Below are positions 10,208 to 20,306 of a stretch of DNA of 64,000 nt, piece after piece. The notes under the pieces were generated by a model. It ran no database searches. It was not told the origin of the DNA and was given only the letters and a program-made list of their open reading frames with translations. Position 1 is the stretch's first letter, and every line of letters starts with the position of its first letter. This DNA comes from Candidatus Woesearchaeota archaeon (GTDB taxonomy: Archaea; Nanobdellota; Nanobdellia; SCGC-AAA011-G17; JACPNG01), in the NCBI GenBank assembly GCA_018303485.1, contig JAGVYC010000014.1, positions 425-64,424 on the forward strand, in the 5' to 3' direction. The translations under genes were made by a program, and so were the position numbers.

Positions 10208-10480
10208 TTACTCTTCAGTCTTATTCTCTTCATAGCTAGGTATTGCAGCCTTGCTTATTATTATAACATCGCCTATTGCTTTTACCATGTGATGTGGCAC
10301 TATGACCCCCTTGGCACCGCCTAAAACCTTGCTTAAGAAAGAATTCCTGGTTGCCTTTACTCTCCATCCAAAAACCTTATTAGAACTTATTATGCCTTCT
10401 TCAACATCACCAAAATAATCACCAAGGTCTGTAAAAACCCTCATGTCATATAAATCAGTTACATTCTTTAGTTTTAGCAT
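10208..10480 (-). CDS. PRC-barrel domain protein
   Basis: 90 aa; beta-rich with 'GDVxD' pattern typical of archaeal PRC-barrel proteins. Confidence 0.5.
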   Translation of the reverse strand: MLKLKNVTDLYDMRVFTDLGDYFGDVEEGIISSNKVFGWRVKATRNSFLSKVLGGAKGVIVPHHMVKAIGDVIIISKAAIPSYEENKTEE

Positions 10481-10552
10481 TTTTGATCATCTCCCTTTTT
10501 CGCTAATATTCATAGCAAGTCTTTTATAGTTTATAAATATTTCTGTGGTAAA

Positions 10553-11212
10553 ATGCGACAATACAATAACCTCACAATAATAGGGACATCCCATATAGCC
10601 AAAGAAAGCATAACCAAAGTAAAAAAGGAAATTAGTGAAATAAAGCCTGATATAGTCGCCTTGGAGCTTGATCCAATAAGATTTAATGTATTAATGTATG
10701 GTAAAACAAGCAAAAATAAGCTAAGCGATATAAAAGCAATAGGTATAAAGGGTTTTATCTTTAATTTAATTGGCGCTTATGTTGAAAAAAAGCTTGGTGA
10801 AATAGTCAATGTCAAGCCAGGCTCTGAAATGAAGGCAGCCATAATCTCTGCTAAATTAATAAAATCAGACATAGCACTAATAGATCAAGATATTAGGATT
10901 ACATTAAAGAATCTTTCAAAATCATTTACATGGAAAGAAAGGTTTAGGTTTATGGCAGAAATTTTAAAGGGTGTTTTTACAAAGAAAAAAATAAACATAG
11001 ACTTGACAAAAGTTCCGGATAAAAAACTAATAAAAAAACTGACAGATAAGGTTAAAAGGGATTATCCTTCTTTATATAATGTCTTGATAGCTGACAGAAA
11101 TAAAGTAATGGCAGAAAATTTATATAAGCTAATGCAGACTAATAAAAGTATTATTGCTGTTGTTGGTGCAGGCCATGAAGATGAAATTGTAGAACTCATA
11201 AAAAAGATGTGA
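10553..11212 (+). CDS. TraB/GumN/Tiki-family protein
   Basis: 'LTIIGTSHIAKES' N-terminal motif, 'DIVALELD' and C-terminal 'VVGAGH' characteristic of the TraB family. Confidence 0.65.
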   Translation: MRQYNNLTIIGTSHIAKESITKVKKEISEIKPDIVALELDPIRFNVLMYGKTSKNKLSDIKAIGIKGFIFNLIGAYVEKKLGEIVNVKPGSEMKAAIISAKLIKSDIALIDQDIRITLKNLSKSFTWKERFRFMAEILKGVFTKKKINIDLTKVPDKKLIKKLTDKVKRDYPSLYNVLIADRNKVMAENLYKLMQTNKSIIAVVGAGHEDEIVELIKKM

Positions 11213-11213
11213 A

Positions 11214-11966
11214 ATGTTTACAAAAAAAGAAATAAATCATTTGGTGATTTCTGTGTTTATACTTGGTTTTGCATTTGGTTTCAATGATAACCAGCCATTT
11301 TTCAGCCTGAAGAACTGGACTATAAACTTCATCCGCGCATTAATCTCAGCTGCAATAATACTCTTAGTATATGAAATTTCGCACAAGGTATCTGCAAAAA
11401 GATATTGTGCTGAAACAGAATATGAAATATGGGCGATAAAGCGTTATGGTTTCTGGCGCTCGGCCAAATTTCCTGTAAAAATATTGAACTTTACAATAAG
11501 TTCCTTTCCGTTGGGCATTGTTCTTTCTGTAATCGCAACATTGCTTTCAAATGGTTTGTTTTACTTAACTCCAATATCCTCATTTAAAATCATTGAAAAA
11601 CCACACTTGAGAATTGGTGCCAAATTTAAAGGACTGACATATTTTGAAGAGGCTAAGATATCATCATTTTCTATAATTATCCTCATTATCCTAGCGTTAA
11701 TGCTAAATACTATCTCGCCAAACATAATTTTCAACCAGCTGACATTAATGATTTTTGTTTTCATAGGTTATAATTTGCTGCCCATTTCAACGCTTGATGG
11801 TTCAAAGATATTTTTTGGCTCTGTTCCATTATACATAAGCATGGTTGTATTCACCCTTCTGTCTTATGTATTGATGGGTATGTTCAATGTCATTGCAGCA
11901 TTAATTCTGGCAGCAGTTTTGTCATTATTCATGCTATTTTTATACTTTGGCTTCAAAAAGAGCTAA
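11214..11966 (+). CDS. polytopic membrane protein, unknown function (starts 2 nt after TraB gene stop)
   Basis: 250 aa, 6+ TM segments; operon-like spacing with TraB-family gene. Confidence 0.5.
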   Translation: MFTKKEINHLVISVFILGFAFGFNDNQPFFSLKNWTINFIRALISAAIILLVYEISHKVSAKRYCAETEYEIWAIKRYGFWRSAKFPVKILNFTISSFPLGIVLSVIATLLSNGLFYLTPISSFKIIEKPHLRIGAKFKGLTYFEEAKISSFSIIILIILALMLNTISPNIIFNQLTLMIFVFIGYNLLPISTLDGSKIFFGSVPLYISMVVFTLLSYVLMGMFNVIAALILAAVLSLFMLFLYFGFKKS

Positions 11967-12222
11967 GAAAGCTGAATATCGCTTTTTGTATAAGCCATAT
12001 ACTTGCAATATAGGTTATAATCCCGAAATAACCATACAATGCCAATATGAATACTATTCCTGAAATTAAGTCAAATACGCTGGCAAGTGACTTAATAAAT
12101 AAAACACTCTTAATTATAAGGTATAATGCAAAAAACAAAGCAAAAAAATCTACTTTAAACCTCAATAAAATCAATGATATAGCTGTCAACAAATCCAATA
12201 ACCCTAATAAATATATTATCAT
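11953..12222 (-). CDS. small membrane protein (89 aa), uncertain
   Basis: ORF with three hydrophobic helices. Confidence 0.3.
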   Translation of the reverse strand: MIIYLLGLLDLLTAISLILLRFKVDFFALFFALYLIIKSVLFIKSLASVFDLISGIVFILALYGYFGIITYIASIWLIQKAIFSFLSSF

Positions 12223-12276
12223 GGTTTTCTCTCATTTTCAATAGCATTATAAATCTTTTTAACTTAGTACCAAAAG

Positions 12277-13815
12277 ATGGTTTTATTAAAAAATTTTACC
12301 CCAAGATTGTACCAGTCTAACATTTTAAAGGGCTGCATTGATAAGAATTGCCTTGTAATACTCCCTACAGGGATAGGCAAAACAGCTATAGCACTTTTGC
12401 TAGTTATAGAAAGGCTGAACAAATTTAAAAACTCAAAGGCATTATTATGCTCGCCAACAAAGCCGTTATGCCAGCAGCACCAAGAAACTTTCAAGGCTCA
12501 TACAGACATTGATAAATGTTTAATTTCACTTTATACAGGCCTAACTCAAGCAAATAAACGGGCAAAAATATTTTCAGAAAATAAAATTATAATAGCAACG
12601 CCACAAACAATAGAATCAGATTTGTTAAACAATCGCATAAATCTCAATGATTTTTCAGTTTTGATAATAGACGAAGCCCATCGCTCAAGAATGAAATATG
12701 CAAACACAATGGTCGCAAAAAAATACATTGAAACAGCAGAAAATCCAAGAATACTTGCTTTAACAGCCTCACCAGGCAATACAAAGGAAAAAATCAATGA
12801 AATATGCAGTAATCTGTTCATAGAGGAAGTCGAAATAAGGACTGACGAAGATGATGATGTCAAGCCTTACATGCAAAAAAAATCTATTGAATTCATAAAT
12901 ATAGAGCTAGAAAATGAAATCAAGAAAATATGTGATCTATTAAAAATAGTTTACAATGATAAATTAAGTTATTTAAAAAAGATTGGTTTTACAAAACCAA
13001 CAAGTTTAATCAATAAAAAGGACTTATTGTTGCTGCAAAAACAATTTCAAAAAGAATTGTCTAAAAGAAACCCTTCTGCATTCTTTGGTATTTCATTAAC
13101 AGCACAATTATTAAAACTCTCTCATTTGATAGAGCTGACAGAAACCCAAGGCTTGAAGCCATTAAAGAATTTTTTAGATAAATTAAAAACAGAGCAGACT
13201 AAAGCAGCAAAAATAATTACAAATACAAAAGACATTTTAGAGGTATACAAAATAACGCAGACACTCATCGAAAACAAAGTTCTTCATCCAAAGTTAGATA
13301 AGTTAAAAGAAATCATAAAAGAACAGTTTTTATCAAACAATAGCTCAAAAATGATAATATTTGCAAATTATCGCGATACAATTGAAGAATTGCTTGAAAA
13401 CATAAAAGAAATAGAAAACTGCCATCCTGTTAAGCTAATCGGCCATAAAAAAGGCATAACCCAGAAACAGCAGCTAGAAACTATAAAAAATTTCGAATCA
13501 GGCTTGTACAATTGTATTATTACAACATCAATTGGCGAAGAAGGCTTGTCAATAGGTACTCTAGACATAGCAATCTTTTACGACAATGTTCCAAGTGCAA
13601 TACGCAAAATTCAAAGAGAGGGTAGAGTCGCAAGAACAAAGCCAGGAAAGATAATATATCTCGTAGCAAAAAATACAAGAGACTCTGCCTATTACTGGAA
13701 ATCAAAAAGGGATGAAAAAACCATGAAGAAAACCATAGCTAATATAAAAACAAACTTTGAAAAACAGCAGTCATTGGCAAATTTTACAAAAAATGAAAGT
13801 AATAATAGATTATAG
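12277..13815 (+). CDS. hef: Hef-like SF2 helicase (helicase module of Hef/XPF)
   Basis: Walker A 'LPTGIGKTAIA', DEAH box 'IIDEAHRS', helicase motif VI 'QREGRVAR'; 512 aa. Confidence 0.85.
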   Translation: MVLLKNFTPRLYQSNILKGCIDKNCLVILPTGIGKTAIALLLVIERLNKFKNSKALLCSPTKPLCQQHQETFKAHTDIDKCLISLYTGLTQANKRAKIFSENKIIIATPQTIESDLLNNRINLNDFSVLIIDEAHRSRMKYANTMVAKKYIETAENPRILALTASPGNTKEKINEICSNLFIEEVEIRTDEDDDVKPYMQKKSIEFINIELENEIKKICDLLKIVYNDKLSYLKKIGFTKPTSLINKKDLLLLQKQFQKELSKRNPSAFFGISLTAQLLKLSHLIELTETQGLKPLKNFLDKLKTEQTKAAKIITNTKDILEVYKITQTLIENKVLHPKLDKLKEIIKEQFLSNNSSKMIIFANYRDTIEELLENIKEIENCHPVKLIGHKKGITQKQQLETIKNFESGLYNCIITTSIGEEGLSIGTLDIAIFYDNVPSAIRKIQREGRVARTKPGKIIYLVAKNTRDSAYYWKSKRDEKTMKKTIANIKTNFEKQQSLANFTKNESNNRL

Positions 13816-14452
13816 GGAAAGGAAATCTGGGATAATTAGGGAACTTGCAAAGCATGATATTGAAGTGGACGAAAAACAGCTCTTAATTGGAGATTTCATA
13901 ATACAAACAAAAGATAAAGACAACAACACCATTAACCTCTGCATAGAAAAAAAGACCCAGGAAGATTTCCTAAATTCCATAATAGACAGGAGGCTATTAA
14001 AACAATTAATAGACATGAAAGAACATTTTCAAAACCAGCTTTTGATAATAGAAGGTTCAAAAAACCTATACTCTATGAGAAATTTTCACCCGAATGCAAT
14101 CCGTGGCATTCTTGCAACAATATCAGTCGACTTGAAAATACCAATAATAACAACAAGGGCTGTAGCAGATACAGCTGCATTTATAGCCACCATAACAAAA
14201 CGGCTTGAAAAACCTCGCTCAGAAATAAGTATATTAAAAAAAAGAAAGCCATTAACATTAAAAGAACAGCAGGAATTTATAATTGAATCCTTGCCAGGCA
14301 TTGGCCCAACATTATCCAAATCTTTGCTTCAAGAATTTAAATCCATAAAAAACATAATCAATGCCAAAGAAAAAGATTTGAAAAATATTGATAAGATTGG
14401 CAATAAAAAGGCAAAAGGTATCTTAAATTTAATACATCAAAAGTACGAGTAA
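13757..14452 (+). CDS. ERCC4/XPF-type nuclease with tandem HhH (nuclease module of Hef)
   Basis: ERCC4 signature 'CIEKKTQEDFLNSIIDRRL' (ERKxxxD), 'GDFII', C-terminal 'LPGIGPTLSKSLL' HhH2; overlaps the helicase ORF by 59 nt in a different frame. Confidence 0.8.
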   Translation: MKNSSHWQILQKMKVIIDYRERKSGIIRELAKHDIEVDEKQLLIGDFIIQTKDKDNNTINLCIEKKTQEDFLNSIIDRRLLKQLIDMKEHFQNQLLIIEGSKNLYSMRNFHPNAIRGILATISVDLKIPIITTRAVADTAAFIATITKRLEKPRSEISILKKRKPLTLKEQQEFIIESLPGIGPTLSKSLLQEFKSIKNIINAKEKDLKNIDKIGNKKAKGILNLIHQKYE

Positions 14453-16315
14453 TCACATCTTTGATTTTATTTGCTTCAAGAATTTCTCATCGCCCTTCCA
14501 AACAAGGCTGTTCTCAAGCACGTCATATATTGTAGACGCTGTTATTATTTTTATTTTATTTTTATTTTCTTTTGAAAGTAGAACATCCTGTTCATTTGCT
14601 TTTGGAATTATAACTCTCTTCAATTTTGCTTCCATTGCTGCTTCTATTTTAGCTGTTACTCCGCCAATTGCCAATACCTCTCCCCTTATAGATAACGAAC
14701 CAGTCATTGCCGTATCTTGCCTTATTGGTATTTGTTTTAATGCAGATATGATTGCTGTTGCAACTGCAATTGATGCAGAATCTCCTTCAACTCCTTCGTA
14801 TGTCTGCAAAAATTGTATGAATATGTCATATTTCTGTATTATATCCTCGCCAAACAATTTTAGTATTATGGCAGAAACATTCTTTACAGCTTCCTTAGCA
14901 ATTTCTCCTAATTTGCCTGTAGCAATAAACTCAACCTTCTTTCCTCCAGGTGTTATTTCTGATTCTATAGGCAAAACTATTCCAGAATAAGCCAAGCTAG
15001 ATCCTATTACAGCCAATCCATTAACTCGGCCAATCTTCTGCCCTGTTGTTATTATAACTTCATATTTCTTCTTGTTCTCTATGTACTTGTCAGCAATCTG
15101 CTGTTCCAAAGATCTTGCTATTTTTTTTGCATCTATAATATGCTGCTTTTCTACAATGTTGGAATTTCTCTCCATGGCCAAGTCACCAGCAGCCCTTACT
15201 AAGCCACCAAGTTCTCTTAATCTCAATGTCAACTTTCCTGAAGTGTCAGACATCTTTCTTGCTTCATTTATTATTTCATCAACAGCATCTTTTGCAAAAT
15301 GAGGTATTCTCTTGTCCTTGGCTATCTCTTGTGCAATGAATTGTGCTATCTTCTTTCTTGCATCTTCATTGTCATCCATTGTATTGCCCATAAATACCTC
15401 ATAGCCATTTCCCCTTATTCTCGATCTTAATGCTGGATGCATATGGTTTACTGTTTCCAAGTTTCCAGCAGCAACCAGAACAAAATCGCATGGTACTGGC
15501 CCGCTTCTAGTTTGTGCTCCCGAGGACCTTTCAGACTGCCCTGTTATTGGATATTTTTTTTCTTGTATTGCCGTCAATAATTCTTGCTGCGATTTCAGTG
15601 ATAATGTTGCAATTTCATCTATGAACAAAACGCCATTATTTGCTTTATGTATCAGCCCAGGTATTAATCTTTCATGTGGTGGTGTTCCTAAGCCCCCTGA
15701 CTGAAGAGGATCATGAAGGCAATCGCCAAGTAATGCCCCTGCGTGGCTTCCCGTTCCATCTAAGAATGGTGCTTCCTTCTTTTCAGAGTTGTCAATCAAT
15801 AACCTGGGAATGTTTTGAGTTTCCCCCATCTTCATTCTCTTTCCCAAATTAATGAAAAGAATAAAACCCACAATAAACACCATGCTCGATATCATCGATG
15901 CAGCATAGACCACGTCAGATATTTGTTTTGTTTTCCAAAAATAATATGGCATTAAGCTTACGACGATGATTAAAATGAATATTATTATATTCTGGTTCTT
16001 AAAAGAGGACAATGCTTGCAATTTTGCTTTTGTAACGATCTGCTTGCCCTGTCCTTTTGGCACTTCTTTTATTATAGGCGTATTTTCATCAGTTGGATTT
16101 TGAAACGCAAGTATGTCAACAAGCTTTTCAGACGGCATTAACTCTGCTAGGGCCTGGCCAACTAAACTCTTACCAGTTCCAGGCTCACCAATAAGCAAAA
16201 CATGCCTATGCTGCCTTGCCGCCTTCTTGATTATCTCTATGGCTGCATCTTGTCCAACTACTTGATCAGAAATCTTCTTAGGTACCTTTATTTCAGATGT
16301 ATCCTTCTTAATCAT
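14453..16315 (-). CDS. lon: archaeal membrane-bound Lon protease (LonB)
   Basis: Walker A 'GEPGTGKS', membrane insertion within the AAA domain, protease Ser-Lys region '[24 protein letters not shown]'. Confidence 0.9.
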   Translation of the reverse strand: MIKKDTSEIKVPKKISDQVVGQDAAIEIIKKAARQHRHVLLIGEPGTGKSLVGQALAELMPSEKLVDILAFQNPTDENTPIIKEVPKGQGKQIVTKAKLQALSSFKNQNIIIFILIIVVSLMPYYFWKTKQISDVVYAASMISSMVFIVGFILFINLGKRMKMGETQNIPRLLIDNSEKKEAPFLDGTGSHAGALLGDCLHDPLQSGGLGTPPHERLIPGLIHKANNGVLFIDEIATLSLKSQQELLTAIQEKKYPITGQSERSSGAQTRSGPVPCDFVLVAAGNLETVNHMHPALRSRIRGNGYEVFMGNTMDDNEDARKKIAQFIAQEIAKDKRIPHFAKDAVDEIINEARKMSDTSGKLTLRLRELGGLVRAAGDLAMERNSNIVEKQHIIDAKKIARSLEQQIADKYIENKKKYEVIITTGQKIGRVNGLAVIGSSLAYSGIVLPIESEITPGGKKVEFIATGKLGEIAKEAVKNVSAIILKLFGEDIIQKYDIFIQFLQTYEGVEGDSASIAVATAIISALKQIPIRQDTAMTGSLSIRGEVLAIGGVTAKIEAAMEAKLKRVIIPKANEQDVLLSKENKNKIKIITASTIYDVLENSLVWKGDEKFLKQIKSKM

Positions 16316-16361
16316 AATTAGAATATAAACGATATTATTTAAAAAAGTATCCCCTCAAGGT

Positions 16362-16625
16362 TTAAATTATTTCTTCTTCAGAAACAACTATGAAATCACC
16401 AATTGCCATTACAGCAGAATATGGTAGTGTTAAGTTGTTTTGTGTGTCTTTCTCTAATTCCAATGATTGTGCATAAGCAGTAGGGTTTTTCAGAATTATT
16501 TGCATTAACTCTCCTGTCCTGGACTCAAATGATATATTGCCTACCTCGCCAAACCTCTTCCCTGATTTTGTGACAACAATCTTGCCCATTAATTGCCTTG
16601 CTGTTCTTTTATCTTCATCTGCCAT
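16362..16625 (-). CDS. PRC-barrel domain protein
   Basis: 87 aa; paralogous in fold or composition to 10208..10480. Confidence 0.5.
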   Translation of the reverse strand: MADEDKRTARQLMGKIVVTKSGKRFGEVGNISFESRTGELMQIILKNPTAYAQSLELEKDTQNNLTLPYSAVMAIGDFIVVSEEEII

Positions 16626-16723
16626 AATTCACCTTTTATTATTATTCTTTTTAACTAAAACTTATTTATAAAGTTTTCTAGTTTGGAATTGCATTAAATC
16701 AAAAGGTTACTTAGCAAAATACC

Positions 16724-16957
16724 TTATGGACTTACCACTTTTTCCTTGACAATATCTACTATGCTCAACCCTGTTTCCATTACCCTCCCAGTAATATTTT
16801 GATTGCTAAACACTTCCAATAGCACAAATACCAATATTAAAATTATTACAATCTTCAACGTAAAATGCCCAATCCTTTTAAAAAAATTATTTGTTTTAAA
16901 ATGAAGTAAAATAAACAATATTATTAGTAAAATGCCACCAATTAACAATATATTCAT
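16724..16957 (-). CDS. small 2-TM membrane protein, uncertain
   Basis: 77 aa hydrophobic ORF adjacent to the origin region. Confidence 0.3.
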   Translation of the reverse strand: MNILLIGGILLIILFILLHFKTNNFFKRIGHFTLKIVIILILVFVLLEVFSNQNITGRVMETGLSIVDIVKEKVVSP

Positions 16958-17029
16958 CTCTATAGTAATAATCAGGTATATTTAAACCTTTTAAAATCAC
17001 TTTATAATGATAAATAATTAATGTAACTC

Positions 17030-17385
17030 AATAGACCTAACCTTCCTATGGAAATATACATATATAATAAAAAATACACCCTCCCACCATTATTTCCTAT
17101 GGAACCTATAATCTATTGCATTTGTATATTCTTGCTTTTTATTTTATATTATAATCCAGAAAAAACAATAACATATCAAAAAACCCCTCCTCTAAGCCTA
17201 TATCTATCATAAAACATGATTCAATATTATATATATATTAAATATGAATTATAAATATATAAATAAAAATAGCCTTGTTATCATTTCATAGGAAACAAGA
17301 GGGTTAATTTCTAAAGGTAGTTAGTAAAGTTTATCAATAAACCACTATTTTAATCTCCATAGGAAACATAGGAGGGAGTATAATA
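17030..17385. other. chromosomal replication origin (oriC): AT-rich DUE flanked by four inverted ORB/mini-ORB elements
   Basis: TTCCTATGGAAA at 17043-17054 and G-string + TTCCTATGGAAC at 17077-17106 in one orientation; CATAGGAAAC+GAGGG at 17287-17303 and CCATAGGAAAC+GGAGGGAG at 17358-17378 inverted; >85% AT stretch 17107-17283 between; directly upstream of orc1/cdc6. Confidence 0.75.
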
Positions 17386-17433
17386 TTCCTAACTATAATA
17401 ATATTTAAATATAAAAATGGTTTTAAATAAAAA

Positions 17434-18645
17434 ATGGGGCAAAAGGGGTTAACTGGGTTTTTTGAAAATTTCTTAAAGCAAGAGCCTATATTTACTAATA
17501 AAAAAGTACTTCAGTCAACTTATACACCAAAAACAATACTTCATAGAGACGAGCAAATAGACCAATTAGCAAGCATTTTAGCGCCAATATTAAGGTTGGA
17601 AAGGCCATCAAATGTATTTGTATATGGTAGGCCAGGCTCAGGCAAGAGTTTGACAATACAGCATGTTTGCAGCAATATTCTCAGGGTTGCAGAAAAAAAC
17701 AAACTGGAAATAAAAATATTATACTTAAACTGTAAATTAAAGGGTGTTGCAGATACACAATACAGGTTAATAGCCAATCTAGCAAGGGAATTTGGCATAG
17801 AAGTTCCAGTAACAGGCCTACCAACAGATGAAATCTATAAATTATTCATCAAAGCCATTGAAAAAGAAAAAACATTATTAATCATTATCTTAGACGAAAT
17901 AGACCAGCTTGTCAAAAAAATAGGTGATGAGATATTATATAATTTAACAAGGATTAATACAGAATTAAAGAATACTGAAATCTCATTAATAGGCATTTCA
18001 AATGATTTAGTTTTTACAAATAGCATAGATCCAAGAGTAAAAAGCAGTCTTAGCGAAGAGGAGCTTATATTTCCACCATACAATGCATTGCAGCTCCAGG
18101 ATATATTAAGGCAAAGGGCAAAAATAGCATTTAGGAATGAAACCATAGAAGAAGGAGTCATTGAAAAATGTTCAGCATATGCAGCTAGAGAGCACGGTGA
18201 TGCGCGAAGGGCGCTTGAACTTTTAAGAGTCGCAGGAGAGATCTCAGAAAGAAAAGGAAAAACAAACATCAAAATAACAGACATAGACGAAGCAGAAGAA
18301 AAAATAGACAAAGATACAGTAATAGATATTATAAACACCCAGCCAAAACAATTCAAACTAGTTCTTTATTCAATAACAAAGATACATTTTTCCTCCACCA
18401 ATACCCCTATATTTACAGGCGAGATTTATGATATGTACAAAGAAGCATGCTTCAAAGTTGGCTTAAGACCTTTAACACAAAGAAGAGTCAGTGATATCAT
18501 AGCAGAGATGGACATGCTTGGCATTATAACGACCAGAGTAATTAGCAAGGGCCGCTACGGCAGGACAAGAGAAATTTGCCTTGCCATTTCAGATTCAATA
18601 ATTAACAATGTAAGCAATATATTAAAAGAGGGATTGTCATTATGA
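17434..18645 (+). CDS. cdc6: Orc1/Cdc6 replication initiator
   Basis: Walker A 'GRPGSGKS', AAA+ lid, C-terminal winged helix; 403 aa; adjacent to ORB cluster. Confidence 0.9.
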   Translation: MGQKGLTGFFENFLKQEPIFTNKKVLQSTYTPKTILHRDEQIDQLASILAPILRLERPSNVFVYGRPGSGKSLTIQHVCSNILRVAEKNKLEIKILYLNCKLKGVADTQYRLIANLAREFGIEVPVTGLPTDEIYKLFIKAIEKEKTLLIIILDEIDQLVKKIGDEILYNLTRINTELKNTEISLIGISNDLVFTNSIDPRVKSSLSEEELIFPPYNALQLQDILRQRAKIAFRNETIEEGVIEKCSAYAAREHGDARRALELLRVAGEISERKGKTNIKITDIDEAEEKIDKDTVIDIINTQPKQFKLVLYSITKIHFSSTNTPIFTGEIYDMYKEACFKVGLRPLTQRRVSDIIAEMDMLGIITTRVISKGRYGRTREICLAISDSIINNVSNILKEGLSL

Positions 18646-20294
18646 AAGGTGCAGTAAACATATTTCTAGAAAATGATTTTTTGCCCTCCCCTGACATAAT
18701 AAAGGATATTAAAAATATCCCATCAAAAGAGATAATTGAAGCGATACAAAAAAACATAGAATTCCCAGAAAAATTATTAGTAATAAACAAAGACATAATA
18801 GCAATAATTCCAAAATTATCAGAAAAGGCAGACATCAATTGGGCAGAGTTTGAAAAAGCAAAAGTCATGATAGAAAAAGGCAAAATAGATAAAACCTATA
18901 ACATATTCTTAGACCTTTTAACTTATAAAGTTGAAGATAAAAAAAAGAAAGAGCTTGATAAATTGCTGGAGGAAGTAAAAAAGGAAGAAAAACTCGACAT
19001 TAATGAAGAGCCGCCGACAGAAGCGCCATTAAATGTAATTATATTAAAAACATACAAAGATGATCCAAAGAAATTAGAAGTGGCAGATTTTGTAGAATAT
19101 TTTAAGATCCGTTATAATTTAATAAAAGAAGTTCTTCAAAACAGGCAAGAGATACAAGACCCAATATCAATCAACAGAATATTAACAAAAAAAGAAAAAG
19201 AAACAGTCGCTTTTATAGGCATTGTTTACAACAAAAAAACAACAAAAAACAACAACATACTTTTAACAATAGAAGACCCTACAGGATTAATAGACGTTCT
19301 TGTCAATAAAGAAGGAAAAGCAATAGAAAATGCGAGAAACATAGTTAATGATGAAGTAATTGGCATTGCTGGTGTTTATGGTGGCAGAGTAGTCTTTGCA
19401 ACAAACATTATTTTTCCAGACATACCATTAAGCAAGGAATTAAAAAAATGCGATGAAGAAGTATATGCCGCGTTTATTAGCGATTTGCATTTTGGCAGCA
19501 AGCTCTTTTTAAAAGATGATTTCATAAAATTCATAGAATGGATCAATGGAAAAACTGGAAGTTTCCTGCAAAAAAGAGTTTCTTCAAAAGTTAAATATTT
19601 ATTTATAATCGGTGATTCTGTAGATGGCGTTGGCGTTTACCCAAACCAAGACAAAGAGCTTGTTTTAAAAGACATCTCCCAGCAATATGAATTATGTGCA
19701 GAATATTTGGGCATGATAAGAAAAGATATAAAAATAATCCTTGCTCCAGGCCAGCACGATTCAATAAGAGTAGCAGAACCACAACCCCAGTTAGATAAAG
19801 AGTTTGCCAAATCATTATACGCATTGCCTAATGTAATTTTTGTAAGCAACCCCTCTCTTGTTAACATACATTCAAAAAAAGATTTTGAAGGCTTTAACGT
19901 CCTAATCTACCACGGTGCAAGCTATCATCACTATATAGATGAAATTGATTCATTGAGGCAGACAAACACAAGAGATAACCCAACAAATATACTAAAATTT
20001 TTACTGCAAAAAAGGCATTTGGCTCCATCTCATACATCAACAGTTTACATTCCTTCAAGGGATCACGACCCATTTTTTATAGATAAGATACCAGACCTAA
20101 TGTTATCAGGGGAAATGCATCGTTCAGATGTTGCAACATATAATAATATAACAATGATTAACTGCAGTTGTTTCCAAGGAAAAACGCCTTTCCAGGAAAA
20201 AACAGGCAATAACCCGCTACCTTCAAGGGTTCCAATTATGAACCTAAAAACAAGAGAAGTAAAAATACTGAACTTCTCGAGCGAAGAAGAATAA
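18642..20294 (+). CDS. DNA polymerase II (PolD) small subunit DP1
   Basis: Calcineurin/Mre11-like phosphoesterase motifs 'DLHFGS', 'IIGDSVDG', 'APGQHD', 'SGEMHRS'; N-terminal OB region; overlaps cdc6 stop by 4 nt. Confidence 0.85.
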   Translation: MKGAVNIFLENDFLPSPDIIKDIKNIPSKEIIEAIQKNIEFPEKLLVINKDIIAIIPKLSEKADINWAEFEKAKVMIEKGKIDKTYNIFLDLLTYKVEDKKKKELDKLLEEVKKEEKLDINEEPPTEAPLNVIILKTYKDDPKKLEVADFVEYFKIRYNLIKEVLQNRQEIQDPISINRILTKKEKETVAFIGIVYNKKTTKNNNILLTIEDPTGLIDVLVNKEGKAIENARNIVNDEVIGIAGVYGGRVVFATNIIFPDIPLSKELKKCDEEVYAAFISDLHFGSKLFLKDDFIKFIEWINGKTGSFLQKRVSSKVKYLFIIGDSVDGVGVYPNQDKELVLKDISQQYELCAEYLGMIRKDIKIILAPGQHDSIRVAEPQPQLDKEFAKSLYALPNVIFVSNPSLVNIHSKKDFEGFNVLIYHGASYHHYIDEIDSLRQTNTRDNPTNILKFLLQKRHLAPSHTSTVYIPSRDHDPFFIDKIPDLMLSGEMHRSDVATYNNITMINCSCFQGKTPFQEKTGNNPLPSRVPIMNLKTREVKILNFSSEEE

Positions 20295-20306
20295 ATTTTT
20301 GGCAAA

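Noticed and set aside
11214-11966. Assignment of the TraB-adjacent membrane protein to a CPBP/M50 intramembrane protease family
   Set aside because: I could not find the diagnostic HExxH or EExxxR / FxxxH / HxxxD motifs in the translation.
12264-12494. 76-aa minus-strand ORF over the Hef start
   Set aside because: It is antisense to the helicase N-terminus, which carries Walker A.
17541-18883. Minus-strand ORFs (85, 173, 93 aa) overlapping orc1/cdc6
   Set aside because: They are antisense to a strongly supported AAA+ initiator gene, and their translations are compositionally biased.
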